Below, piece by piece: positions 49,896 through 58,234 of a stretch of 64,000 nucleotides of DNA. Below the pieces are notes generated by a model that was not told where the DNA came from, ran no database searches, and saw only the letters and a program-made list of their open reading frames with translations. The position numbers and the translations under genes were made by a program. Position 1 is the first letter of the stretch. Each line of letters opens with the position of its first letter. The DNA is from Myxococcota bacterium (GTDB lineage: Bacteria; Myxococcota_A; UBA9160; UBA4427): contig OZ252299.1 in the NCBI GenBank assembly GCA_965250285.1, positions 1,632,001 to 1,696,000 on the forward strand, read 5' to 3'.

Positions 49896-51314
49896 CTAGG
49901 CCGCGCGGTGAATCGACCCGAGCAGTGACGGAGCGCCGATCTTCTCGAAGTGGCTGCTCGACAGCACCACCGGGTCGAGCAGCTCGAGCAGCACACCGAT
50001 GCCGGCCGCCAGGCCGAAGCTCAGCACGATCCCCGGAATCAGGAACATGATCGGCGGGCGTCGGGGACCGGTGGGGACCTGGGCACGATCGAGCATCGTG
50101 ACGCGTGGGCCCTGCTGCGCCGACTCGAGCTCTTCGGCCAGCTCGGCGTCCTGCACCTTCTGCATGAAGTCGAGGTACGTCCCGCGCAGGACCGCGGCGC
50201 GCTCCTCGAGGGCTGAGAGCTCGTTGTCCCACTCTGGAATGCGGTCCAGGCGTGCATCGATCTCGAGCGCTTCGGCCTCTGCGTCGGCCAGGCGTTCCCG
50301 CAGCTGGTTGCGGTCACGCAGTGAGGTATCGAGTTCGTCCTGCACGTCGTCGCGCCGCAACGTGCTGAGGCGCGAGATCTCGCTCACCTCGTCTTCGAGC
50401 AGCGCGATCCGCCGGCGCAGCGAGATGACGTTGGGATGCTCGTCAGTGTGGATGCTCAGCTCGTGCGCGAGCTTGAGCCGAAGGTCGATCAGCGCGCCCT
50501 CGGGCCCGGATTGCTCGTTCTGGGTGGCCTGGAGGTCCGCGATCCGATCATCGCTGTCGGCCAGCTGCTCGACGACCGAGGCGCGGAGATCGTTCAGGCG
50601 CTGGAGGCGATTCAGCAGCGTGGCCATGTCGCTGGGGAGCTCCCCCCGATGCTCGCGCTGGAAGTTGGCGATCTGCTCGTTCGCCGCGGCAAGCTCGGAT
50701 TCAGCGCGTTTCTGCTCTCGCCGCAGGAACTCGGTGGTGAGCCGCGCCTGCTCGTTTCGACGCCGGAGGCTCGCGTTGATGAACATGGCCGCCAGATCGT
50801 CGGTGACCTTGGCCGTCTCGACGGGTTCGAGATAAACGAAACGCACCTCGAAGACGCTCGAGCCGTCGGTGCGACGAGATGCCTGACCTCGCATCGGCTG
50901 AATCGTGATGTTCGCGCGCATCATCTCGATGACGCTCTGCTGGACACGTGTCTGCCGGGCCTCGGGGTAGAGGTCGTACTTCTCGATGAGGCTCGTCAGA
51001 TTTCGCGAAGAGAGCACTTCGCCGAGCATGGCGTTGATATTGGAGAACGAGTCTTCGCGCACCGTCGACCGGACGAAGTCTTCGGGGATCTGTTGGCTCG
51101 TGATCACGACTGTCGCTTTCGACTCGTAGGTCGGTGTCAGCTGCGAGACGAATGCGAAGGTGGCGATCAGGGCGGCGATCAAGCCCAACAAGATCCAGAG
51201 CCAGCGGCGTCGGATGACGCCGATCGGGTCGAGTGCCAGTGCCATCAGCTGCCGCGCGATGTCGGTTCCGAGATCTTCTCGCTCTTCGATGTCCCACTGC
51301 ATCGGATCGCTCAT
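49896..51314 (-). CDS. Polysaccharide co-polymerase / chain-length determinant (Wzc/GumC periplasmic part)
   Basis: Two TM segments flanking coiled coils; TDEHPNV; LDRAQVP. Confidence 0.88.
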   Translation of the reverse strand: MSDPMQWDIEEREDLGTDIARQLMALALDPIGVIRRRWLWILLGLIAALIATFAFVSQLTPTYESKATVVITSQQIPEDFVRSTVREDSFSNINAMLGEVLSSRNLTSLIEKYDLYPEARQTRVQQSVIEMMRANITIQPMRGQASRRTDGSSVFEVRFVYLEPVETAKVTDDLAAMFINASLRRRNEQARLTTEFLRREQKRAESELAAANEQIANFQREHRGELPSDMATLLNRLQRLNDLRASVVEQLADSDDRIADLQATQNEQSGPEGALIDLRLKLAHELSIHTDEHPNVISLRRRIALLEDEVSEISRLSTLRRDDVQDELDTSLRDRNQLRERLADAEAEALEIDARLDRIPEWDNELSALEERAAVLRGTYLDFMQKVQDAELAEELESAQQGPRVTMLDRAQVPTGPRRPPIMFLIPGIVLSFGLAAGIGVLLELLDPVVLSSSHFEKIGAPSLLGSIHRAA

Positions 51315-52312
51315 GATGCCCCGCCTTCGGACGTCGTGGTCTCGTCTTCGTCCGGGCCGTAGCCATAGCCGTAGGCGTAGTAGTCGCGCTGGTGCTTCTC
51401 GGTCGAGGCGGCGTTGAGGATCTTGCCGAGGATCTGCTCGGGCGGAAGCATCGAGATCATCTTGCGGAACATGCGAACCCGCGTGACGCCTGAGTGGGCG
51501 ACCGTCACGCAAGCATCGGCGTGACGCAGAACCAGTGTGGTGTCCGGCACGAGAAGGGTGGGCGGCGAGTCGATGACCACGATCTCGTAGCGCGCGTGGA
51601 GTTCCTGCATGACCCGTTGGAATCCGTCACCGACGAGTAGCTCGTGCGCGTTCGGGCGCGGCTTCGATGTCGGGTACACGTCGATGCGCGGAGCACTCAT
51701 CGGGTGACACGCATCGGCGAGCGGAATCTGCCCGAGGATCGCCTCGTCGATGCCGGTCTGGGCGTCGATCCCGAGGCGCCGGCCGATGGACGGATTGCGC
51801 AGGTCGAAGTCGACGAGCGCGATGCCGCGACCGCTCGACACCGACGCCAGGGCGATCGCGAGATTGCACGACACTGTCGTCTTGCCTTCGTTTCGAAGGG
51901 CACTCGCGACCAGCACGCTGCGTGCGGTGCGGCGATCCATCTCGGACTTGAGGCGAAGCGCGAGATGTCGGGCGTGGTCGACGTTCGGGGCAGTGCCATC
52001 CAGATGGATCGGCGGAAACTCGTCCGCGCCGTGCTCCGCCGACCCAGGCCGGCTCGCGGGCTGCGGCGTCGCCTCGTGCGGCAGATCGGCTGCGGGTCGG
52101 GGGTCGAGTGCGGGGGTGGGCCCCGGGGCGGGCGTGGGCACGGGAGGCACCGTCGGCGGACGCGCCGCAGGCGAGGGCGCTTCAGTCGCCCAGCCGCGGG
52201 CCACCTCGTCCGCGTGCTGCTCGGCATCACGAGCGGGCGGGGACGGAGCCGATTGGCGCGCGCGGTCCCGCTCCTCGTTCGCCTTTCTCAGCGCGTCGGC
52301 GATCTCCCCCAC
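51311..52312 (-). CDS. CpsD/CapB-family tyrosine-protein kinase
   Basis: SALRNEGKTT Walker A, VDFDLRNP, IDSPP, C-terminal tyrosine cluster DYYAYGYGYG. Confidence 0.9.
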   Translation of the reverse strand: MGEIADALRKANEERDRARQSAPSPPARDAEQHADEVARGWATEAPSPAARPPTVPPVPTPAPGPTPALDPRPAADLPHEATPQPASRPGSAEHGADEFPPIHLDGTAPNVDHARHLALRLKSEMDRRTARSVLVASALRNEGKTTVSCNLAIALASVSSGRGIALVDFDLRNPSIGRRLGIDAQTGIDEAILGQIPLADACHPMSAPRIDVYPTSKPRPNAHELLVGDGFQRVMQELHARYEIVVIDSPPTLLVPDTTLVLRHADACVTVAHSGVTRVRMFRKMISMLPPEQILGKILNAASTEKHQRDYYAYGYGYGPDEDETTTSEGGAS

Positions 52313-52380
52313 TCACCGCTCCTCGATCGGCCGCGGCGCCTGGGCGTACACGGCGCGGCATGAAGCTTCGCAGAGCATGA

Positions 52381-53223
52381 TCAGAGGCTCAGCTCGCGGG
52401 CGACGCCCGATGCGCGCGAGGCGCTCATCGACTTGGCCTTCTCTTCGACGAAAGCCACGGGGATCGGACGCATCTCCTTGGCGTAGGCCGAGAGCATCAC
52501 GCGATCGGCGAGCAGGCTGATCAGTCGAGGGCACCCGCCCGAGAACGAGTGGAAGGCCGACTCGACGCCGGGGGCGAAGACCTCCTCGATGCGTCCGCCG
52601 GCGACGGCGATGCGGTGCGCGAGGTAGGGGTAGATCTCGGCACCCGACAGGGGCTCCATGTGGTGCTCGACGGCGATGCGCTGTCGCAGCTGCCGCAGCT
52701 GCGGGGTCGCGAGCTTGCGGATCAGCTCGGGCTGTCCGGTGAGCACGATCTGCATGAGCTTCTCGGTGTCGGTCTCGAGGTTCGAGAGCAGCCGCACCTC
52801 TTCGAGGGTCTCGGCGTCGAGGTTCTGCGCCTCGTCGATGATCAACACCGTGTTGCGACCCTGTCGGAGCCGTTCCAGCAGCATGCGATTGAGCGCGATC
52901 AGGTAGTCGGCGGTCGACTCGAAGTGGCCTTCGAGGCCGAACTCGGCTGCGATGAGCTTCAGCAGGTCGGTCGGGCTGATGCCGATCGTATTCAGGACGA
53001 GCGCGGTGTCCGTATTCGGCGGAATTTGCTGGAGCGCGGCGCGAAGCAGCGTGGTCTTGCCCGTGCCGACCTCGCCGGTCAGCAGCAAGAAGCCCTTGTG
53101 GCGCGTGATGCCGTAGACGAGGGTCGCCAAGCCCTCCTGGTGGGTCTCGGAGAGCCACAGGAATCTGGGATCGGGCGTGAGCGAGAAAGGCTGCTCACGG
53201 AAGCCGAAAAAGCTCTCGTACAT
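52381..53223 (-). CDS. ExeA-family AAA ATPase (PEP-CTERM locus type)
   Basis: MYESFFGFREQPFSLTPDP, GEVGTGKTT, IIDEAQNL, GQPEL, QLRQRI. Confidence 0.93.
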   Translation of the reverse strand: MYESFFGFREQPFSLTPDPRFLWLSETHQEGLATLVYGITRHKGFLLLTGEVGTGKTTLLRAALQQIPPNTDTALVLNTIGISPTDLLKLIAAEFGLEGHFESTADYLIALNRMLLERLRQGRNTVLIIDEAQNLDAETLEEVRLLSNLETDTEKLMQIVLTGQPELIRKLATPQLRQLRQRIAVEHHMEPLSGAEIYPYLAHRIAVAGGRIEEVFAPGVESAFHSFSGGCPRLISLLADRVMLSAYAKEMRPIPVAFVEEKAKSMSASRASGVARELSL

Positions 53224-53231
53224 TGCCGTTC

Positions 53232-54116
53232 CTATTCGGCCTTTCGGATTCGCCCGGATGGTAGTCCAATCGGGGAGCCATTCCCCGAGTCTGCGTCGAA
53301 TGAGTCCGCGCAGGAGCCCTCGGCACGGTTGTAGGTGCCGCGAGGCCGCCGACAGGTGATGCCGGTTTCGGCTTTGGACCCCGGTCGCAGGCTCCCGTTC
53401 TCGTCGGATTGCAGCGGGTCGCGCTCGTCCATAACCCCATCCGGAGCGGTCTCAGCGCCCGCAAGGTGCGCCGTCGAGGCGCGTTCGACCGGCCAGCGCC
53501 GCTCAATCTGCCCGACGAGCCCGGATCGGAACGATGCGAGTCGAGAGCGCGCGGCCGCTGCGTCAGCACGGCTCGCGATCGGCGTACTGATTCGAATGAG
53601 CGCCCCGTCCGCCCGCCCGGTCGTGAGCTTTCCGATCACCCGATCGACACCGAGGTCGACGCCGCCGGTCAGGCCCCCGCGCCGGTGCGACCGGAACCAG
53701 AAGTGCACCAGCCGGTGCTCGCCTCCGCGTTCGACGAGGAACTCGCGAATCGACCCGTCGGCGACGGGCAGGACCCGGGTCTCGAGCAGCTCCCAGCCGG
53801 CGCCGGTGTAGCAGCCGCGCGGCGTGTGCTCCGGACGTCCACCACGTTCCGTCGAGTAGTAGCCGACGTACAGCCAGATCAGCTGACCGGTCGGATGTCG
53901 GTATGCGCGCTGCACGTTGAAGTCGGCATCGAGCTCGTCGGCGACACGATCATCGACTTCGAGCTCGATCGAGTCCCACGCATCGACCTGCCGCGGAAGG
54001 GAAGCCAAAGGGGTGACGTCGACCTCGAGCGGCGGCTGCAGTCGCATCCACCATGCGAAGCCGCCGCCCGCGACGAGCGCAGCACACAGCAGAATCAGCG
54101 CGACTCGCTCGCTCAT
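53232..54116 (-). CDS. Stand-alone EpsI-family protein
   Basis: N-terminal TM, LYVGYY, HTPRGCYTGAGW, VHFWF, DGALIRIS. Confidence 0.88.
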   Translation of the reverse strand: MSERVALILLCAALVAGGGFAWWMRLQPPLEVDVTPLASLPRQVDAWDSIELEVDDRVADELDADFNVQRAYRHPTGQLIWLYVGYYSTERGGRPEHTPRGCYTGAGWELLETRVLPVADGSIREFLVERGGEHRLVHFWFRSHRRGGLTGGVDLGVDRVIGKLTTGRADGALIRISTPIASRADAAAARSRLASFRSGLVGQIERRWPVERASTAHLAGAETAPDGVMDERDPLQSDENGSLRPGSKAETGITCRRPRGTYNRAEGSCADSFDADSGNGSPIGLPSGRIRKAE

Positions 54117-54344
54117 CGGGGCTCCTCGACCAGATCAGACCGATCGTCGTCCAGTCCGTCAGTGCCGGCCAGAGCAACTTTGGTGGCATCTCATTGCCGA
54201 TCCGCGCCCCGAATCTCGCTGATCGTATGTCGACACCCCAGCGGTCGATTTCGTGCGCACGATTCGCGCCGCGCACGACCCGGCGCACCTGCCCATGCCT
54301 CCCATACGGGAGGATCTGACCAGGTTCGCGCGCCGGGCTTCGCC

Positions 54345-55142
54345 TCAGAAGATGGCGGCCGCTGCGGCGGCGCCGGTGCCGGCCGAGAGGAGCTGCTGGA
54401 AGGGGAAGAGCATGACCTGCAGGCCATACCCGACCTTTGCGAGCGCATTCGGAGGCACGATGACCATGTCGCCGCCGCGCACCATGATGTTCTCGGTCAG
54501 GTCGCCCTGCTCGATGCGGGCCAGGTCGATGGTGAACACCCGCGTGATCTCGCCGTTCGTGCGGACGAGGCGGATGTTGCGCTTCGAGGCGAAGATGCTC
54601 GTGCCGCCGCGCAGACCGATCGCCTCCGAGAGCCGCGTGTCGCTCGTGAGCGGGAACGTGCCCGGAAGCGCCACCTCGCCGAGAACCGTGATCGAGAGGC
54701 TCTGGGACTGCACGATCGACACCGTGGCTCGCGCATCCCGCTTGAATCGGCGGACGCGCTGCTGGATCTCCGCGCCGATCTCTTCCGTGGTGCGCCCGGC
54801 GGCCTGCACGTCGCCGATCAGGTCGATCGAGATCATGCCGTCGGGGCGGACGACGACCTCACGATCGAGAATGGGGTCGGGGAGGATCGTGACCAGCAGG
54901 ATGTCGGGCGGGCCGACCTTGTACGTGGCCTCGTCGGGCCGGGCCGGCGGCGGCATCGGCTTGGGTACCGTGCAGGCAGACGCGATGAGTGCTGCCAGCA
55001 CGAGCAATGCGAGTCGACCGGCGTCGCCTCGTCGGACGGTGGTGAGGCCTGTGGCCCCGGGCCGGCGGGTGCGCCGAGCTACGACACAGAGCAGGGCGCC
55101 GGCGAGTCGCCCCGGGAGCGACGGGCGGATGTGATGGCGCAT
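54345..55142 (-). CDS. Polysaccharide export lipoprotein (Wza/OPX)
   Basis: Lipobox-like ASAC, YKVGPPDIL, VRPDGMIS, VLGEVALPG, GDMVIVP; start uncertain. Confidence 0.88.
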   Translation of the reverse strand: MRHHIRPSLPGRLAGALLCVVARRTRRPGATGLTTVRRGDAGRLALLVLAALIASACTVPKPMPPPARPDEATYKVGPPDILLVTILPDPILDREVVVRPDGMISIDLIGDVQAAGRTTEEIGAEIQQRVRRFKRDARATVSIVQSQSLSITVLGEVALPGTFPLTSDTRLSEAIGLRGGTSIFASKRNIRLVRTNGEITRVFTIDLARIEQGDLTENIMVRGGDMVIVPPNALAKVGYGLQVMLFPFQQLLSAGTGAAAAAAIF

Positions 55143-55338
55143 GGTGGATCCCCCCTCCATCCGGCCCGTGCCGGACGCGGTTGCGTTCTTCCCGCACGCC
55201 GGCAAAAGCCGCCGTACATGGGGGCGCACCCTACAAGAACCGAGGATGCGACGCGCCCCTGTCGCGCGTGGGATGCCCGACTGCCCGTCGCCGTCCGAAG
55301 AGTGGGGGGTGGGACGAGGTCGGTCGGGCCGCGCTGGA

Positions 55339-55686
55339 TCAGCCGTCCGAGATGGCCTCCGCCGAGGCGCCCTCGTAGAACGTGAATTTCGTGTGGCCGA
55401 TCTGGATCTCGTCGCCGCTCTCGAGCGTGGCGGATCGCACCCGCTTGCCGTTGACCTTGGTTCCGTTGGTCGACTGGAGATCTTCGACGCAGTACTCGCT
55501 CGCTTCGGGCTCCCACAGGATCAGCGCGTGCTCTCGGCTGATGCCGTCGTCGAGAAGCGTGATGTCGGTGGTGGGGTTTCGGCCGATCAGGGTCTCTTCC
55601 TCGCTGATCGGGTAGACCATGCCCTCGAATCCGCCGTTCTGGATCACCAGCTTCGCTACGCGCTGTGCGCCGTCCTGTGTCGCCAT
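55339..55686 (-). CDS. Single FHA-domain protein
   Basis: IGR, ISREHA, DLQSTNGTKVNG, GDEIQIG. Confidence 0.92.
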   Translation of the reverse strand: MATQDGAQRVAKLVIQNGGFEGMVYPISEEETLIGRNPTTDITLLDDGISREHALILWEPEASEYCVEDLQSTNGTKVNGKRVRSATLESGDEIQIGHTKFTFYEGASAEAISDG

Positions 55687-55848
55687 GCCCCTCACCACGA
55701 TCGTGTCGCCGGACGATAGATCCGGCGCTCTCCAGGTATCGGCGGAGCCGGCAGAGGGCTTGAGAGGCGTCCAGGCCGCTCAGGCGGGGCGCGCGAAGGC
55801 CGCGCGAGCGACCGAGGCTGCCGGCTGCTCAGGGGCCCGCCTCAGGGC

Positions 55849-56664
55849 CTACAGGCGCCGATTGCGCAGCGCGGGGATGGCCCCTCGCACTCGGTCGACT
55901 TGATCGGGGTCGACGTCGGCGAGGAGCACCGCCGGATCGTCGCCCGCCTGGGCGCGCACGACGCCCCAGGGATCGATGATCATCGAGTGGCCGTGGCTGC
56001 GCCGATCGGGCGTGTGCTGGCCGCACTGCGCAGGTGCGATGACGAAGCACTGCGACTCGATCGCCCGTGCCCGGAGCAACACCTCCCAGTGCGCCTTGCC
56101 GGTCTCGGGCGTGAAAGCGCTCGGAACGGCCAGGATGCGCGCACCGGCGTCCACCATGTGCCGGTACAGCTCGGCGAATCGCAGGTCGTAGCAGACGGAC
56201 AGGCCGAGCCCGCCCCACGGCGTCTTGGTGACGACGACGTCCTCGCCCGGTGCAAAGTGGCGGCTCTCCTGATAGGCGCCGCCTGCGTCGCTGCCGAGAT
56301 CGACGTCGAAGAGGTGGATCTTGCGATAGCGCGCGACCTCTCGACCCTCGGGCGAGAGCACGACGCTCGTGTTGTAGACGCGCGTGTCGCCGGCCGCCGC
56401 TTCGGGGATCGCTTCGGGGAAGGTACCGCCGAGCAGCCAGATGCCGTGCCGGCGCGCCTCCGCCGCGAGGAACGGCACGAGCTCACCGCCCTCGTCCTGC
56501 ACGCACGGGAAGGGCTCTCCTTCACGGCGCATGAACGCGAAGTTCTCGGGCAGGCCGACGAGCTCGGCGCCCATCGAAGCGGCTTCATCGAGCGCGCTGC
56601 GGACCGCGTCGAGGTTCGCATCGAGGTCCGGTGTGCTGCGGAGCTGGATCACGGCCAGGCGCAT
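55849..56664 (-). CDS. Carbon-nitrogen hydrolase (Nit1/deaminated glutathione amidase-like)
   Basis: LPENF, YRKIHLFDV, VCYDLRF triad, AHWEVLLRARAIE. Confidence 0.92.
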   Translation of the reverse strand: MRLAVIQLRSTPDLDANLDAVRSALDEAASMGAELVGLPENFAFMRREGEPFPCVQDEGGELVPFLAAEARRHGIWLLGGTFPEAIPEAAAGDTRVYNTSVVLSPEGREVARYRKIHLFDVDLGSDAGGAYQESRHFAPGEDVVVTKTPWGGLGLSVCYDLRFAELYRHMVDAGARILAVPSAFTPETGKAHWEVLLRARAIESQCFVIAPAQCGQHTPDRRSHGHSMIIDPWGVVRAQAGDDPAVLLADVDPDQVDRVRGAIPALRNRRL

Positions 56665-56891
56665 GACTTCGCGCTGTCCTCCTCTGGTCGGGCCCGCGCC
56701 GCCCGGGGGCCCCTCGATCGAGTGCGCGCCGACGTCGCAGGGGCCGACCGTTGCGACCGGATGCGGGCGACTCGGCGGAGCGCTCAGGACCCCACCAGTG
56801 TGGCCAAAGCAGAGCGGGGGCGCCGGCTCGCCGACACCCCCGCTCGATCCAGAGCCACGGCCGGTGGTCGGCCATGGCGTGCGCGCTGCGC

Positions 56892-57908
56892 CTAGGGTCG
56901 GAACTCGGTGGGATCGACCCCGGTTCGGCGGATCACGTCGTAGAAGTCCTTGCGGTCCTTCTTGGCCAGGCGCGCGGCCCGGCTGATGTTGCCCGAGCAG
57001 CGTCGCAGCAGCCCTTCGACGTAGCGCGTCTCGAACGCGCGCTTCGCGTCCTTGAACGAGGGCACGTCGTCGCCCTCGGTCGACAGCATGAGCGCCTCGG
57101 CCGAGAGCGCTGCGCTGCCCGAGAGGTGCACCGCCTGACGCACCCGCTCGCGCAGCTCGCGCGCGTTGCCCGTCCACGGCTCTTCGACGAGCCAGCGCCG
57201 GGCATCCACCGTGAAGCCCACGGGTTCGATCCCCTGCTCGTCGGCCAGCTCACTGAGGAAGTGCGCGGCCAGCGGTAGGATGTCCTCACGACGATCGGCG
57301 AGCGCGGTCAGCTCGATGGTCTGCACGGGCTGTGCGCCGAGCGCGGCCTCGGTGCCGAGCGGCGCCGAGGCGAGCACGCGCGCCCGCAGCGGCGTCGACT
57401 CGCTCGCGCCGTCGCGGGTGAACCGGCCCTCGGCGATCGCCTGACCGAGGCGCGCCCGCAGCGCTGCCGGGAGCAGGTCGACGCGCTCGATGATGAGCGT
57501 GCCCTCCGCGGCTTCGCTGAGCGCACCGGCGGCACCGCTGTTCAGCGGATCGGCCGACGCTTCGACACCGAACAGGTCGCGGGAATGCAGCCCTTCGGCC
57601 GTGGCCAGGGTCGAGAACCCGACGACCGGTCCCGCCGAGCGCGCGCTCCACTCGTGCAGGACATGCGCGATGTGAGCGCGACCCGCGCCCTCGGGTCCGA
57701 GGACGAACACGGGCGAGTCGCTTCGAGCCAGTGTCCCTGCCAGATCCAGCGCATGTTGGACGGCCGCGCTGGCCTTGACCGTTCGTTCGGATCGTCTTTG
57801 CCGTGTCACTAGACTCGAGTCTGCTGCCGCCGCACCGACTTCTTGTCCGCCGGGATTCGGCCCCTGCCCGAGGCCCGACGCGGGCGAGGTCGCTCGATCA
57901 TCGATCAT
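56892..57908 (-). CDS. Degenerate sigma54-interaction domain protein with Fis-type HTH
   Basis: LADRREDI, WTGNARELRE, GNISRAARLA; Walker A is GPEGAGRA, GAFTGA absent, no receiver domain. Confidence 0.8.
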   Translation of the reverse strand: MIDDRATSPASGLGQGPNPGGQEVGAAAADSSLVTRQRRSERTVKASAAVQHALDLAGTLARSDSPVFVLGPEGAGRAHIAHVLHEWSARSAGPVVGFSTLATAEGLHSRDLFGVEASADPLNSGAAGALSEAAEGTLIIERVDLLPAALRARLGQAIAEGRFTRDGASESTPLRARVLASAPLGTEAALGAQPVQTIELTALADRREDILPLAAHFLSELADEQGIEPVGFTVDARRWLVEEPWTGNARELRERVRQAVHLSGSAALSAEALMLSTEGDDVPSFKDAKRAFETRYVEGLLRRCSGNISRAARLAKKDRKDFYDVIRRTGVDPTEFRP

Positions 57909-57946
57909 GGCACGATGCCCCCTGGTGAGAGTTTCCCCCAGGCCCA

Positions 57947-57975
57947 GAAGTATTTGTATTTCGCCACTTTGTCAA
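57947..57975 (-). promoter_or_regulatory. Putative sigma70 promoter upstream of the degenerate enhancer-binding protein gene
   Basis: Minus-strand TTGACA followed by AT-rich AAATACAAATACTT; -10 match is weak. Confidence 0.35.
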
Positions 57976-58234
57976 TCGTTTTTGCGGACGGGCGCCCGCC
58001 CATTCGGGTGGGTGGGGCGTCGCTGAAAGCCGAGCCCGCGGGTGTGCCTTCTTGAAGAGCGGGCGGGAAGTGGCCGGAATGGTTGGGAAAACGAACCGTG
58101 GTCAAAAGCCGTCGCTTCTTGATTCTTCGAGGGCGGAGCTGGCTGGCGCGGGCCCGCTTGTGGCCGGCGCGCCGTGCCGCAAGAATGAACTCGGGCGCCC
58201 TGGGCGGCGCTTCCTGGGCCAGGGGGGGACCATC

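Noticed and set aside
54180..54200. Sigma54 promoter (TGGCATCTCATTGC) near epsI
   Set aside because: GG-to-GC spacing is 9 rather than 10 nt and it faces away from epsI
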